64,000 bases of DNA from Felis catus (GCF_018350175.1 NC_058383.1:22322001-22386000); one strand, 5' to 3'. Positions 37,301 through 51,340 are shown, numbered from the stretch's first letter. Made by a program: numbers and translations. Notes: generated by a model from the letters alone, not told the origin.

Positions 37301-37761
37301 AAACTACTATTAAAATAAGTCATTATTTCCTGAGGGAGGGGCTCTTGATGCAATTCCATAAGATTTCTCTGCAGACATACCTGGGCCCTCTCCAGCCAAC
37401 AAAGTCAGGCCTTATGCTGACAGGGCTTGAATATATTTAAGGAAGCTCCAGGGAGTAAAATGAAGGGAAATGGGAACTTTTAATGTCCTAAAAACTGAAG
37501 AAACACTTTTTCCCCCAAGGTCTAAAAATCAACACTTCTCTTATAAATGCTAGACACTTTGGAAGGCAAGGTGTCCCTAGAGAGAAGCTTCAGCAGAATC
37601 TCCTTCACACCCTCTATGACCACCTAATCCTGTTTCTCTACACATGACCTGATTGGAAAAAGAAAAGCTTTTATTCTGAAATGATAACAGACAGAATCAA
37701 GCAAGGCCAGGAAGGAAATCCACCATAGCTCAAAGGGAGAACTCCATAAAAAGAATGTCAA

Positions 37762-38030
37762 ATGGAGGGATAGATGGATGAATGGATGGATGGATAGATG
37801 GATAGATGGATGGGTGGATGTGTGGGTGGGTTGGTGGATAGATGGATGGGTGGGTGGATGGATGGGTGCATATGTGGGTGGGTTGGTGGATAGATGGATG
37901 GGTGGGTGGATGGATGGATGGATAGATGGATAGATGGATGGATGGATGGATGGATGGATGGATGGATGGATGGACGGACGGACAGATGGACAGCCGGGTG
38001 GCTGGGTGGGTGGGTAGATGGGTGGATGGG
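37762..38030. repeat. (GGAT/GGGT)n simple repeat
   Basis: Extended tgga/tggg runs. Confidence 0.95.
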
Positions 38031-39249
38031 TATCAGTTCACACAACTCTCAAATCCAGGGCTCTATATACCAGAACTGAAAGTCTTCATGTGAAAAAGTG
38101 TTACTTCTCTCCTTAAAAAAGTTATTTCCCCCAACTGTACATGCTATCACCTTGTTTCCCTCCCAAATCCCCAAATCACGAAGGCTACCTATATCGGTTA
38201 AGATGCTTTGTGCTTCACTGACAGAACAGCCAACTACGTGCTGCTTAAACAACACGAGTTCATCAATAAATCTCACACACACAGGAGTTTGGAGCAGGAG
38301 GTTTCTGGGGCTGAATGAGTGATCCAAGGATGTCAGTGCTCCAGGCCAGTGTCACTGCAGCTCTAGGCATCTAGTTATAGTCACGAGGCAGTGGCCGTAG
38401 CTCCAACCATTATTTTCACATTTGACAACCTCCAAGGCAGGAAAAAAGGAAATGGGATGAAAACAAGAGTTCTCCTGTCTTAGGCTGACCAAAATTGTGT
38501 CCCATGCTCGCCTCTAGACCAACCGCTGACACGGGAAATAGAATCATCATGGATCATTCTTACCTTGTCCCTTGGGGACATTGCCACTAAACACAATTAG
38601 GAACAAAGGGACAATGGCTACGAGAAGGGCCCACATCACCTGCCACAGCAGCTATTTCTGAATCCCCAGATACCTACGAGGCCCCCTCCAATCAGAACTG
38701 CACCCTAATAATTCCCAAAATGTGCCCTCCACAGAGATTCCAATAACCTCTTCCACCGATGGCTATGTTTCGCACCATCACCTCAGCCTCTTACTCAGAA
38801 TCACACTAAAACCAGCTCAAGCAAAGGAGGAAGTCTGTTATAAGGAAAGAAAAGTGCCTCATGGAAACCAGGGGCAGTAAGTGTGATTTGGCTTCAATGC
38901 AGGACCGTCAAGAACTGACACGGCCACCTGCATCTCTCTGGTCCACACGACCTCCGAGCCTGCCTCCCGCAGCACATCGGGAGCACGGGAGTGCTCCCTC
39001 CTGTGCGCATCGCGCAGTCCCCAAGATGGCACACCCTTCCAGTCTGGCGTTGATGGAGGCTGGCTGGCATCTCTCAACGCAAAGCCCAAGCACCCAGAGG
39101 AAGAATCGGGGGAGCCATGCCTGGTCCATCATCAGTGGGCAGGGAAGGGCAGGTCACACAGTTCAAACATGATGGCTATGGACCACTCCTTAGGGTCTGT
39201 TTGCCCAAAAGTGGGGGATGTATGGGCCTCAAAGTCACCCCAAAGGAGC

Positions 39250-39288
39250 CACAGGGCTCACACAGGGCTCACACAGGGCTCACACAGG
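39250..39288. repeat. 11-bp minisatellite, about 3.5 copies
   Basis: 'cacagggctca' repeated. Confidence 0.9.
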
Positions 39289-41611
39289 TGAGCCCTCTTT
39301 GCAGGCTCTTCACCCTCCTCCTGAGGCATCAGCCGCCAAGACCCAGCAGGCCAGAAGGATGGGAAGGAAAAAAACAGTAGGCATCTCTGTCTGCCCACCT
39401 GACCCTCACATCTCTCGGTGGCACAGCTGGCAGAGCGCAGCTGGAGAGGAGGGAGGAAGCCATCATCTTGCCTGGCAGCCACCCTCTCTCTTCCCTCCTT
39501 CCTGCTGTGCCTCAGGTTGGCTCCTGCCCAGGTCCCTGCTCACACCCTCACACCCACCTAACTACACTCACCCTCACATTCAACGCTCCCCTCTGGGCTC
39601 CTCTTTGCCAAAATGCTTTCCCACACAGGGGTCCCTGTCTTCCAGCTCACTCTCCACGCACATGTCTACCTCAGAAGTGAGCTCGGTCTATTTTAAACTC
39701 CTGTAGCTGTCTGCCATCTGTCTCGTCTGGAGGCCTCGTGGTCTACTGAGAGGAGAATAGAACCAATTTGGAAATCCGGAAATTGAATTCTGGCCCTTGC
39801 TCCACCATCAGCTCCAGAACCTTGGAACCATCATGGCATCCTTCCGGTGGCTGACAGAGAAAATCTCCCCTTGGCTGGTTCCTGGGGCTTCCGGCAGCAT
39901 CAAAGGCAGTGAAAGGTAAAAGTCTCGGGCTGTGAGGTGACAGTGGACAGTAAGGTCTTTGGGGGTGCCTTTGCTGACCCCAAGTGGGCGCTGTTTGGGA
40001 ATTAATGGCTCCCTCTACTGCCTTGACCAGACACTCCCAGTGTTCTGGGAGACCAGCCAATGACGGATGGGGAATCCTCAAGTCCATCCTTGGGCACTGA
40101 TGCTTAGAAATGGTTGCCATGGCAGAGAGCTCTGCCGCGGGCTTTCTGAGGGATCCTGAGCAAGTCGTCAGCCTCTGTGAGCTTCCGATTCCTTCCGATG
40201 TGACTAGGCATCTGCTCAGAGTCATAGGATGTGACAGGTGTGTCTCTGGCTGTCACATAACAGTGCCTACCACACGATGTTGTTGTAAGGATTAAATGGG
40301 CCCAGTGCTAGCCAAGAACAGTAATGACATTAAGTGTTTTCTATGTGTCGGGTACTAGGCTAAGAACTTCACATGTACAAATTCATAACAAACCTATGAG
40401 GCCCATAATAAAGCACTCGATGTTTTCGTTTGGAGACATCACAGCAACAACAAGTTAGAAGAGAGAAATCTAGAAAGACACACACTGAAAACCAAATTTA
40501 ACTCCTTTCCTAGAATCTGCACACGAGTTGTTGAAATGCTTTTCAAAAGAGCGACTCCATAAATTCGGGTGGGAAAAAAACAATCTACCTTGAGCACCTG
40601 CCCATCCACAAAAAACAGAGCTGCTATGGGGGTTCGAGAGACTGGCCTATCAATACTCCACACACACATGCTTCCTGCCATCTTTCCTCATACCGCTATC
40701 CTCCCCCAGATGAAAGCTTCCCACATCCAGAAGACACCAGCTGGCTGGGAGACAGCTGCCTTCCCGTGTAAGGAGAATTACTAGGGGGTCTGACCGTCAC
40801 ATGGGTCTCTACAAATCCCATTTTGACCATAGCAGATGGGAGAGAGAAGCATTACAGGTGTAAAATGTTACAGAAGATGTTCAGGGGCTTCCACGGTGAT
40901 GTGGGAAGGGGGGTCACATTCCACAGAACACTGTCTCCCACCACCTCATCGATCCTCTGCTCCTCACTTGCCTCCCTCCCAGACGCTCTCAGGAACCCCA
41001 AAAACCTACTCCGATTTTGCAGGTCAGCCTCTCTTCTTGGAAACCCAAGCACTAGAAGAATGGGAACCTCACCTTCTCCCATAGATTCTATCAAGGTGTC
41101 AAAGAACTCTCCCACATGAAAACAGGCTCTTCCAAAATGAAGCTGGCACAATCACTTTTTATCCAAGAAGTATTTACTGAGCATCCACTATATGCCAGAT
41201 GCTATCCCAAGCTCTGAGGCTACAGACGTGAACAAGTTGCTAAGGTGATACAAGAGTCCCCGTGTTTCTGTGGGTCTGATGATATATAACATATTATTAC
41301 ATTGACATGAATTAAGGGATTTCTGTCCTGCGGCCTCTGCTGAGTGCTTTCTATACCCATCTTACTTCCTTCCTCACAACCACCTAGGAGGCTCTTCATT
41401 CCTATTTGACAGATGAGAATACCAAGGCTCAGAGAGGTACATAATCTGCCCAAGGCCACGGAGCTAGAAAGCAGCTGAGTTCAAATGCAACTGTCTGGTT
41501 CAGGAGTTCACACTCTTAGCCACTATCCTCTGGAGACCACACCGGTCTCTGAATTCTAATCGTTCAATAACCCCCCAGGGCCTCCACAACGGATGCCAAA
41601 CCTTCCCACAA

Positions 41612-42030
41612 CAGTAGTCCTCCTTATCTGAGGTTTCATCCTCCCCGGTTTCAGTTACCTGCGGTCCACCAGGGTCCAGAGGCAGGTGATCCTCCTTCTG
41701 ATGTATCATCAGAAGGGCAATAGAAGTCCCCTCGCTTCATCTCATCACGCAGGCATTTTATCATCTCCCACCATCACGAGAAGGAGGGTGAGGACGGGAC
41801 AATCAGATATTTTGAGAAGGAGAGGGACCACATTCACATAATGTTTTTACAGTATATTGTTACAGTGGTCCTATTTTATTGTGAGTTTTTGTTGTTAATC
41901 TCTTATTGCACCCAATACTGTATGTATAGGGAAAAACCTGGTTATGTATAGTGGTCAGTACTATTCCCCTATTTCAGGCATCCTCTGGGGGTCTTGGAAT
42001 GTATCTCCTGTGGATAAGGGGGGACCGCTA
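41612..42030 (+). mobile_element. MER44 (Tigger7-derived) element
   Basis: TIRs 'cagtagtcctccttatc' and 'ggataaggggggaccgct'; internal 'ggtttcagttacctgcggtc' and 'gaccacattcacataa'. Confidence 0.85.
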
Positions 42031-42739
42031 TATTTTCTATTATGACCTCCCACAAATATTTCTCAGTCACCTTGATTCCTGCCATGGCAAAAAACTAACC
42101 CTTCCTGAAAACATCTCTCATACTTTCTCTCCTCTGGGCTATCCTTTACTCTGTTCCCTCTTACCAATCTGTCCTCTGTCCTTTGGCTCCATTCCAAAAC
42201 TCCAAACCCCATCTGAAAAGACCTCCTTAAACACTAGCTACAAAAGCTACCTTCTTAGTTTTCTTGTGTGAGTAAAGAGAACCACTATATTACTCATGTC
42301 CAAGGTCAGACAAGAGTGTCAGAGTAAAATCATGTATTGAGGTTACTATTCCAGGTTTGGGGCGGGGGTAGGGGGGAGTCACCTTCTTCAGGAAGCCCTC
42401 ACAGTCCCTCTAACAGAGGGGTGTTTTCCACCCATTTGGCTCACTGCCCTCTTTTTCTACCTCGCCCCCCAGCCCTTCTCACCACCCCTTTTACATGGTG
42501 GGCATTCATGGACAGCCTCTAACAGTGATCACTGCTGCCTACAATGCCTGACTTGCACATGGCAGAGGGTCCCCCCCACACAGCAGTGACTTGCACAAGC
42601 TCTTACTTAATACACGTTTGCTGAAATGACTCTGCAATTTCTTACATTTCTACACACTTCAACAATATTTCCAAAGCCGGTGTCCCCACCCAGAGCCCAC
42701 TTCGCCCCGGACCTAGCCTATGTGAGCATTTTGGGACAG

Positions 42740-43800
42740 CTCATGACACCCCATGGTTGCAATTACCACTGATATGCAACAAAGTCCCACATCTCCGTCC
42801 TGAGTCAGATTCATGCCCCAAGCTCCAGGTCTGAAGCCCCACATGCCAACCAGGCTGTGCCATGTGGACATCAGCGAGGCACCTAAAAGAGGAACTCAGA
42901 ATTCCCTCAAAACCTGGTCTTCTTTCCATGGTCCCCCATTCTGCAAACGGCACCACCACCACCCCTACACAGAAGCCCGACAACCATCCCTGCCTCCTCC
43001 CTGTCCTGGCCCCCTCCACATCCAATCAATCACCAATTCCTCTCAATAACTCCCCCTCCAAATAAGTCTCCAACCATCCACCCCCCCCCCTCCTTCCTCA
43101 CTACACCCAGGCATCCTCCAGTCCTACCCAGACTACTGCAAGCACCTCCCAACCCAAGTCCCTTCCAGCCTTGCCGCCTGGAAATTCATCTTTCAACTGG
43201 AACCAGAGTAGTTTTCTAAAAGGCAAATTGAATCATGTAATGCTAAAAAAAAAAAAAAAAAAAAGAAAGAAAAAAAAAAGACCTCTGCACCCTCAGAATA
43301 AGATCTACACTCTTTAATTGGACACATGAGCCATTTGTGATTGGATTCCTGCCTTCCTTTCCTTTAACCACATCCCCACCCTGTAAACACACAAACACAG
43401 ACGCTCTCTGCACCAGCATGCCAAATTGATTTTGCTCCCTCAGCCCTCCTGTGCCTTTGTTATTCTCTCTGCCCGGAAACTTCTTCCTCTTCTTTCCATG
43501 CCCTCCTTTGACTTAATTAAACCTATCATCTTTAAGGCTGGACTTTGATATCACTTAGTCCTGGAAGCCTTCCCAATGCCTGCCATCAGGAGCCCCGACT
43601 CTGCACACCTCAAGGTCTTGTGCTTACAGTGACCACACCACACAGGCACTGTATGTGCACCTGCCTGATTATTTGTCTGTATTCTGTACCAGACGATGCT
43701 TTCATAATGGCAGACTGTGGCAACTGTATTCACTGTTAAACACCCTACCACCGCGACCGAGCACAGCCAAGTATTCAATAAATACTTCGACGAATAAATA
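42740..43800 (+). mobile_element. L2 LINE fragment
   Basis: 'ccacatctccgtcctgagtcagattc...ccctccacatccaatcaatcacca...ccagagtagttttctaaaaggcaaa...tattcaataaatac'. Confidence 0.75.
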
Positions 43801-46091
43801 ATCAACTAATGTAGACATCAAGGCTTCTGAGAAAACTCTTGACAAAAATAATCCTGCAGGGCGATACTCTGATGCCTGGGAGCTGCCTGGCAGACTGAGA
43901 TCCTTTATTTAAGCTTTTAAGAAGGGCTTCACATTTGGGAGAGAGACAGGACAATCTTGGGCAGGAAAGGCTGGAGTTCAGCATTGCAGGGCTAATAAGG
44001 CAATGCCAAGAACAGAGTCCCTGGCATCCTACTAGAAATGGTGAGAACGCGAGCACTCTTTCCAAGGAAAGAGCCAGGCTCAAGAACACACATATCCTGG
44101 TTAATGAGAGGAGAGTCATGCCCAAGAAGAGAATGAGCACCCATGGCTACAGATGCCCAATGACCAGCCAGGCCTGATAGTGCCCCAGTGGGCATATCCT
44201 GCAGAATGAAAACAGAAACTGCTGTCTCTTCTGGTGCCTCTTCCTGGGTGGTGACCCACTGAGCCAGTCCCAGGGTGAAGGATGGGGATCCCAGTGGAAG
44301 GCACCCCAGGCAGGGATCTTATAAAAAGGAACGGTCAAAAGGGGACAATTTCAAAGCTTTCCTATTCCTGGCACTTTCTATCCCATTCTCATTTCCCCCC
44401 GTATCTCAATATCCTTTCTGGAAGCTGTGTTCCGTTCTCCCTCCACAGAGGGCTCAGGGTTTGAGGTACATTAGAAATTGGGCAAATAAGTGTACCCCAA
44501 ATGTACTAACCAACAGCCAGATGTTAACCTAGATGGTCTTATCTAGTGTCCTGTGCTAGAGTCCAAGGAAACAGCCAACCTCTCTTACCTATTAGCTTTT
44601 ACCCAGATCTAGAATAAAGCTACATGGGGTCTACTCATTACAGGAGAAGATGATTTGTGACTGGAGCCTTTGGATTTTAGAATCCAGATCTAGAGATATC
44701 ATGCAGTAGTAGAAAGTAACAAAACAAAGATGAATATTAGGGTCTTGAAAAAGAATTACTTCTTCTCATTAGAAGAAATAGAAATGGGTTAATAAGAAAC
44801 ACAGAAATACAGAAGCTGAGTTGTGTGCTGGCCACTAGATCAACAATTCTGATTCTCTCCTCCTCCGGAGCATAGAGCAGTATGGCACCTGTCCGCCCCT
44901 GTTTGAAGTTAGCCTGGCCACATGACTTATTTTGGCCAGCAGTATGTGTTGGGCAGTGATGGGTACTTCCAGGGAGAGCTTCAAGAGCCATCACAAGACT
45001 TGCCAAGGTCCCTTTTCCCACCTCAATGATTATAAAAGCATGCTTCAAGCTAGGGTGTCCATTGGCAGCTCCCTGTTGTGGTAACCAGCAACCCTTCCCC
45101 TCACATGCTAGCCAAACCATGCTGATCGTGGTTGGGACCCAGAGACAATGCCAGGAACTCCAGACATGCCAACATCAGCTCAGCATTAGGAGAAACTCTG
45201 TCATTACTAGAGCGGCTGGGAGCAGTATGTTAGTTCTTGAAGATTGGATGGTCACCAGTGATATGCTGGGAAGGGGATTCAAGCATCAGGTGGTACAGCT
45301 AAGCACTTAAATTAATCATCTTTTAATAACAATACCACATACCCTCTGAAGAGCTATCCCTTTCCCACTCTTTGTCCACAAAATGCCACCCTGAGTTCCA
45401 AAAGGGCACAAGCTGGTTAATCAGACCATTGTTTTCTCACTGGCCCTGTGGCGGATTCAGATCCAGTGAGATGAACCACAGAGATGCAAATGCTCTTCCT
45501 TGCATAAACTTGAACACAGAGGAAATGTAGAGCTTCCAAGGCCATCTTGGCATATCAGTGAGGGGAGGCTCTTTCATGTGAGAATGTAGTTGAGATGGAG
45601 TAAGAGAAACCCTGACCTGGTACCACAACTAGCCCCTGGCTCAAACTATATCTGAAGGTAGATACCCTTGGACTTTTCCGGAGCGCGAAGCAATGAATTC
45701 CCTTCTTAATTAAGCTAGTTTAAGTTTCCCATCATCGGTCACCAAGATTTTTGACTCATACAAAGGGCCGGTTGGAATAAACGAATTTTTAGGTTCCATC
45801 CCATCCTGAGATTTTAAGGTTCGTATGTTAGCATTAGCTAGCTACCCTCAGCATTAAAAGGTGTATGTAGTTAGGAGAAAAGAAAAAAAAAAAGATTATT
45901 CTAAACAGCAGGTGGATCCTGTAAGATCAGTCAGGTCTGTGCAAATCTAAACTGTGTTTGCCAACTCTGGCTCCTAAAATAAATAGCTGCCCTCTGGACA
46001 TTGGCCAGCGGAGGTGGCTCATCTAGACGTTAGCTCAGCCACAACGGTCAATCAGACCACATTCCCTGATTCCTCAATAAGGTGCAACACT

Positions 46092-46310
46092 GGCGAGCCC
46101 AGGTGGCTCAGTCAGTTTGGCATCTGACTCTTGATTTCAGCTCAAGTCACAATCTCATGGTCTGTGGGATCGAGCCCCATATCAGGCTCCACGCTGACAG
46201 TGCAGAGCCTGCTTGAGATTCTCTCTCTTCCTCTCTCTGCCCCTCCCCAGCTCACGCACACACACCCTCTCTCTCTCTCTCTCTCTCAAAACAAATAAAC
46301 TTAAAAACAA
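46092..46310 (+). mobile_element. CanSINE
   Basis: TSD 'aataaggtgcaacactgg' at 46076 and 46311. Confidence 0.94.
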
Positions 46311-48247
46311 AATAAGGTGCAACACTGGGTTATGGTGGTAGAAGCTGGTGGGGCTGAAGCCCCTGGATAAGGGAGGTTTGCTGGTTTTCTTTTTGAGAAT
46401 GTGTTGTCAAAGCACACATGTCATTGAGACAAAACGCAATGGAGATTCCTGCAGAGACACGCCATAATGACCATGACAGTCGGCGTGTAGGCTTCAATAT
46501 CGACGCATTCAAAGGTATCATGGGAAAAAAATACGACATAAAAAAAATAAAAAATAAAAGCTAAAGGGATCATGGCCCCTTCAGGTGCTCTCACCACATG
46601 AAGATTTGACAAAGTAATTCTGCTAAATGTAAACACAGTTCGTATACATCCTTCAATCTAACGAAGTGCAGATAAGGCGTTACGAAGTGCCAGGAGGCAG
46701 ACGTCTTCTGTTTGGTCTACACTGTGTCCTTAAGAGAAAAAAAAAACTCAAATTTTACATAAAATCCAGATTCTCTTGAAAAACCAGAGGAGCTGGCAGC
46801 CGTGGTTCACACTCCAACAGGGCGGAGGTTACTATTAAGTGTCCTCTTTACCAGGCACCTACTCCCCAGTTAGACCGGGGCGCTCCACACCGCTGCCTTA
46901 CCCCCAACTCAGTTCCTCATTAGGTCTCCTGCCTGGATCCTGTAGGACTTGAGTTTATAACCCTTTTGCATTTACCTAGGTGTCCACCTAGGTAGAGCAA
47001 GGAAGTGTCATTTTAATCGGCCAGGGTCGTTTTTGGACACTGGACTCCAGTGTTTGCGTGATCTTCCGGCAGCCTTCCAGGCATCACCAGGCCAAATATC
47101 ACATACCGCGAACCATCAGCCCCCAGGCCTTTTGCTGGTATCGTCCCCCCTCGCCTGCCCTTTCCCGAAGCCTTTGCCGACGGGAACTCAAGTGAGCCCA
47201 TTAAGATTCGACTCAAATGCCTTCATCTTGTGAAGCCTGCCTTGATGCTAGCCCAAGAATTATGGTTCAGAATTAATGGCTTGTTTCTTAAAATTCTAGT
47301 AACGTGAGGGCAAACCACATCTTAGCCCTTATTTCGTCCTGCTTTGCTTTACACTTTTGTAGGGACCAGGCTGTCTCCTCATGAGACCAACGTGTCTCTA
47401 AGGACAAGGACGAAGTCTCCAGCTCCTCAATCATAATTCGTGGTCACTCGCTAGGCACCAGCACTTTATCTTCCTCTTCTCACTGAAACCCCACCACAGC
47501 CCCTACGAGCCCCTATCCATGTATCCATTTGAAAGATGAGGGAACTGAAGCCTAGAGAGACTCCGAGTCCCAAGAGTGGTTTTCTTAACTGCTGTGCTGC
47601 CTGGGCACACTGCCTCTGCTGCCCTGTACTTGGAAGGCAGTCGAATGTGTTGGGTGGAACAGAACACCTCCACCCACTGCTGCAGGACTCTTGAAGGCAG
47701 GCACCTTCCCCCGCCTCCCATCCCCCTCCCCAGGCTCAGCCCTGAGCCCGAGGGGCCTGCAGCGGGTTGTCTCACCCACTTCTCTCCCCCAGAGCCTGCA
47801 GTGAACGCCACTCTGCTCCCACACGCGCGCCTGGCAGCGGGGCTGGGCAACCTTCCCTCATCACACGACCCCTTCCGGCAGCTCTGCTTCCCTCTGAAAT
47901 TACATTAAATTGTTCCATTAGTGTCAAAAAAAGGAAGATGCATGATACTTTTATGAATTTCCTTTTTTAAAGAAAGTTATCTTCAGAGCTGTGCTCGTGC
48001 TGACGGCTTCCAGAAAGTTGGAGGTTATGTGGGGGCAGGATTTATTTGCAGAAAATCACAAAATCAGTCTAAATACCAGAGTTTATTCCAGTTGGCTTGC
48101 CTGAATCGATACAGATATGATAATGCAAAATCATGGAAGTTGACTTCAATAGACAGTTCTCCAAAAAATGATGTACGAAACAATGATAAACACATGAAAA
48201 TATGTTCAACATCATCCGTAGGGAAGTGCAAATCAAAACCACAATGA

Positions 48248-48400
48248 GGGCGCCTGGGTGGCTCAGTCAGTTAAGTGGCCGACTTCAGCTCAGGTCGTGA
48301 TCTCGCAGTTCGAGCCCCGTGTCAGGCTCTGTGCTGACAGCTCAGAGCCTGGAGCCTGCTTCAGATTCTGTGTCTCCCTTTCTCTCTGACCCTCCCCTGC

Positions 48401-48436
<36 letters not shown>

Positions 48437-48462
48437 AAAAATAAACATTAAAAAAAATTTTT
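48248..48462 (+). mobile_element. CanSINE nested in L1
   Basis: TSD 'aaaccacaatgag'/'aaacccataatgag'. Confidence 0.94.
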
Positions 48463-48902
48463 TTAAACCCATAATGAGATACCACCTCACACCTATTAAA
48501 ATGTCTACTCTCAAAAACAAAAAGAAAGAAAGAGAGAAAAGAAAAGAAAAAAAGAGAAGAAAAGAAAATGTCAAATGTTGATAAGGATGTAAAGAAATTG
48601 GAACCCTAATAGACTGTTGGTGAGAATGTAAATTGGTGAAGCCTCAATGGAAAACAGTATAGAGGTTCCCCCCAAAAATTAAAAATAGAATTAACATATG
48701 ACCCAGCAATCCTACCTCTGGGTATATATCCAAAAGGATTTAAAGCAGAGATATTTGTATACCCCTGCTCATAGCAACATTATTCACAATGGCCAAAATG
48801 TTTCAGAAGCAACTAAGCGTCCATCAGTGGATGAATAGATAAACAAAATGTGGTATATACATACACTAGAATATTATGCAGTCTTTGAAAGGAAGTAAAT
48901 TT

Positions 48903-49109
48903 GGGGGTGCCTGGATGGATCAGTGGTTTAAGTGTCAGAATCTTGATTTCGGCTCAGGTCATGATCTCAACGTTCATGAGATCAAGCCCTGCATCAGGCT
49001 CTGCACTGACATCAGGTAGCCTGCTTAGGATTCTCTCTCTCCCTCTCCCTCTGCCCCTGCCCTGCTCTCTCACACTCTTTCAAAATAAATAAATGAATTT
49101 TTTTAAAAA
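48903..49109 (+). mobile_element. CanSINE nested in L1
   Basis: TSD 'gaaaggaagtaaattt'. Confidence 0.94.
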
Positions 49110-50383
49110 GAAAGGAAGTAAATTTTGATACATGCTACAATATAAGTGAACCTTGAAGACATTATGCTAAGTGAATTAAACCAGCCACAAAAATACAAAT
49201 ACTGTATTTATCTGAGGTACCCAGAGCAGGCAGAATCATAGAAAGCAGAATAGTGGTTGCTAGGGGCTGGAGGGAGGGAAGAATGAAGAGGTGTTGTGTG
49301 ATGGGTACAGAGTTTGAGTTTTGCAGGATGAAAGGTGTTCTGGAGATTGGTTGGTTGCACAACAATGTGAATGGATTTAGCACTACCGAACTGTAATGAT
49401 AAAATGGTACAGCCCGGAAAGGACCTCGGGGAGAGTTTCGTGGATGCCTTGTGGAGCAGAGGGGTTTGGGTTGGAGCTGAGGGGAGGTGGACCAGTTGTC
49501 GGGAGCAAGCTGCTATTCTCAATGAACCTCTGTCTCCCAAACCAAAGACTATGAGGGTCAGGATCTCGCGAGAGTCCATGCAGCTCCCCTCCGCACTGCC
49601 CATGGTAGAAGGGGGATGCGGAGCGGAGCAGAGACACAGCCAAGAAACATCATGCCCACGGCGAGGATCTGGCTGCTCCAGGGCAGAGGGAGGGATGGCT
49701 TCCGGGAGATGAAGGTAAGCATGAAGGTATGGCTGCCCCTCTGTCTGAGCTCCCTCCATCCCCCGCCACTCCTGGGTGTACCTAAGCTGCCAAAACAAAC
49801 TTCTAGAGACCTAAACTCCTCCTTCTCCTTTAGTCAGAGACAGAAAATGGTGAAAATGCCCAGACTCCGGCAAAAACCCATCCCAACAGTCAGTACTGGA
49901 TAAACACAGACCATCTCCGCAAGAGGAAACAGGAAAACCCTCTGTAGATTCACTCATTCAAAAGCACTTATTATCTCTGATTACAAGCCAGACACAATCC
50001 CTGTCTGATGGGAAAACAGACAAAAATGAGTCTGGTAAAAATTAAACCACAATGTTCAGAAAATGCCATGAAGGAAACAAATTTGTCATAGTAATGATGA
50101 AGACTAAGATGGGGGGGTCTCTCTGGCAAGTCAGGCAGCTACACACCCAGTGTCCATCCCTCCCATCTCTCTTACTAACAGAACCTTGATATTATTCAAT
50201 GTTCATGGATAAAAATATTCTAACTCGCAGCCTCATTTCCAGTCCTGGGCAATGAGATCTCGATGGACTTCTTGGGTAGAGTATCACTACCCCTTCTAGA
50301 CTAAAAAAGACAAAGCTTTGCAAAGAAGAGAGTTTTGACCCTTCTTTATTCTTCATGCCTGGAATGCAGATTAAAGACTTGGA

Positions 50384-50635
50384 GGGGCGCCTGGGTGGCT
50401 CAGTTGGTTAAGCGCCCCGACTCTTGATTTCTGCTCAGGTCGTGATCTCACAGTTTCTGAATTCAAACCCTGCACAGGGCTCTACATTGACTCTCTCTCC
50501 CTCTCTGCCCCTCCCCTGCTTGCACAAACAAGCTCGCCTCTCTCACTCTCTCTCAAAATAAATAAATTTCTGAAAACATTTTTGAATAAATACATACATA
50601 CATACATACATACATACATACATACATACATAAAA
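50384..50635 (+). mobile_element. CanSINE (internally shortened, (TACA)n tail) inside an old MLT1-like LTR
   Basis: Head 'ggggcgcctgggtggctcagttggttaagcg'; (TACA)n at 50591-50630. Confidence 0.92.
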
Positions 50636-50801
50636 ATAATAGCAAAGGTTATTTTGCTATTGGAGGTTCTGCAGCTATTTTGGGACCATGGTAAGGCCGA
50701 AGTACCTGCCAATAAGCTGGTGGACCAGGAAGACCAAAGGGGTCTGATGGCTTAATGACATCATTTACCTGTTCTGCAAGGTCTGGTTTACCTACAGTCC
50801 T

Positions 50802-50853
<52 letters not shown>

Positions 50854-50872
50854 GACCTTACTTTCTTCTTCC

Positions 50873-50987
50873 TTTTTTTTTTACAGATTTTATTTTTAAG
50901 TAATCTCTACACCCAACATGGGGCTTGAACTTACAACCCCGAGATCAAGAGTACCATGCTCCACTGACAAAGCCACCCAGGCACCCC
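50873..50987 (-). mobile_element. Short old CanSINE (SINEC_old-like)
   Basis: 'aagtaatctctacacccaacatggggcttgaacttacaaccccgagatcaagagt'. Confidence 0.85.
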
Positions 50988-51068
50988 TGATCCTACTTTC
51001 TTAATTTCTTCAATGATGACATACTCCTTTTGTGTAATGAGAAAAACTAATAAATATACTTCATTTTA

Positions 51069-51302
51069 GGGGTGCCTGGGTGGCTCAGTTGGTTAAGCAT
51101 CCAAATTCAGCTCAGGTCATGATCTCACAGTTCATGGGTTCAGGGCGCACGTTGGGCTTTGTGCATGATCCAGCTCAGAGCCTGGATCCTGCTTCAGATT
51201 CTGTGTCTCCCTCTCTCTCTGCTCCTCCCCCACTCACACTCTGTCTCTCTCTCTCTCTCAAAAATAAATAAAACATTTTTAAAAATTATATATATATGTG
51301 TG

Positions 51303-51340
<38 letters not shown>
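51069..51340 (+). mobile_element. CanSINE with (TA)n(CA)n tail
   Basis: TSD 'acttcatttt'. Confidence 0.94.

Larger units (their letters stand above)
48148..49410 (+). mobile_element. L1 (L1MA/L1MB-like) 3' region with two nested CanSINEs
   Basis: 'aaacacatgaaaatatgttcaacatc...tgacccagcaatcctacctctgggtatatatccaaa...aaccttgaagacattatgctaagtgaa...gttgcacaacaatgtgaatg'. Confidence 0.9.

Noticed and set aside
39978..39993. CTCF-like site 'ccccaagtgggcgctg' (also 'gggcagatggcgct' near 63660)
   Set aside because: Each mismatches high-information positions of the CTCF core, so neither can be supported without PWM scoring or ChIP.
49620..49720. Strong donor AAG|gtaagc suggesting an exon (MPTARIWLLQGRGRDGFREMK)
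   Set aside because: There is no convincing upstream acceptor or promoter and the peptide is unrecognised. Isolated donor consensus matches are common.
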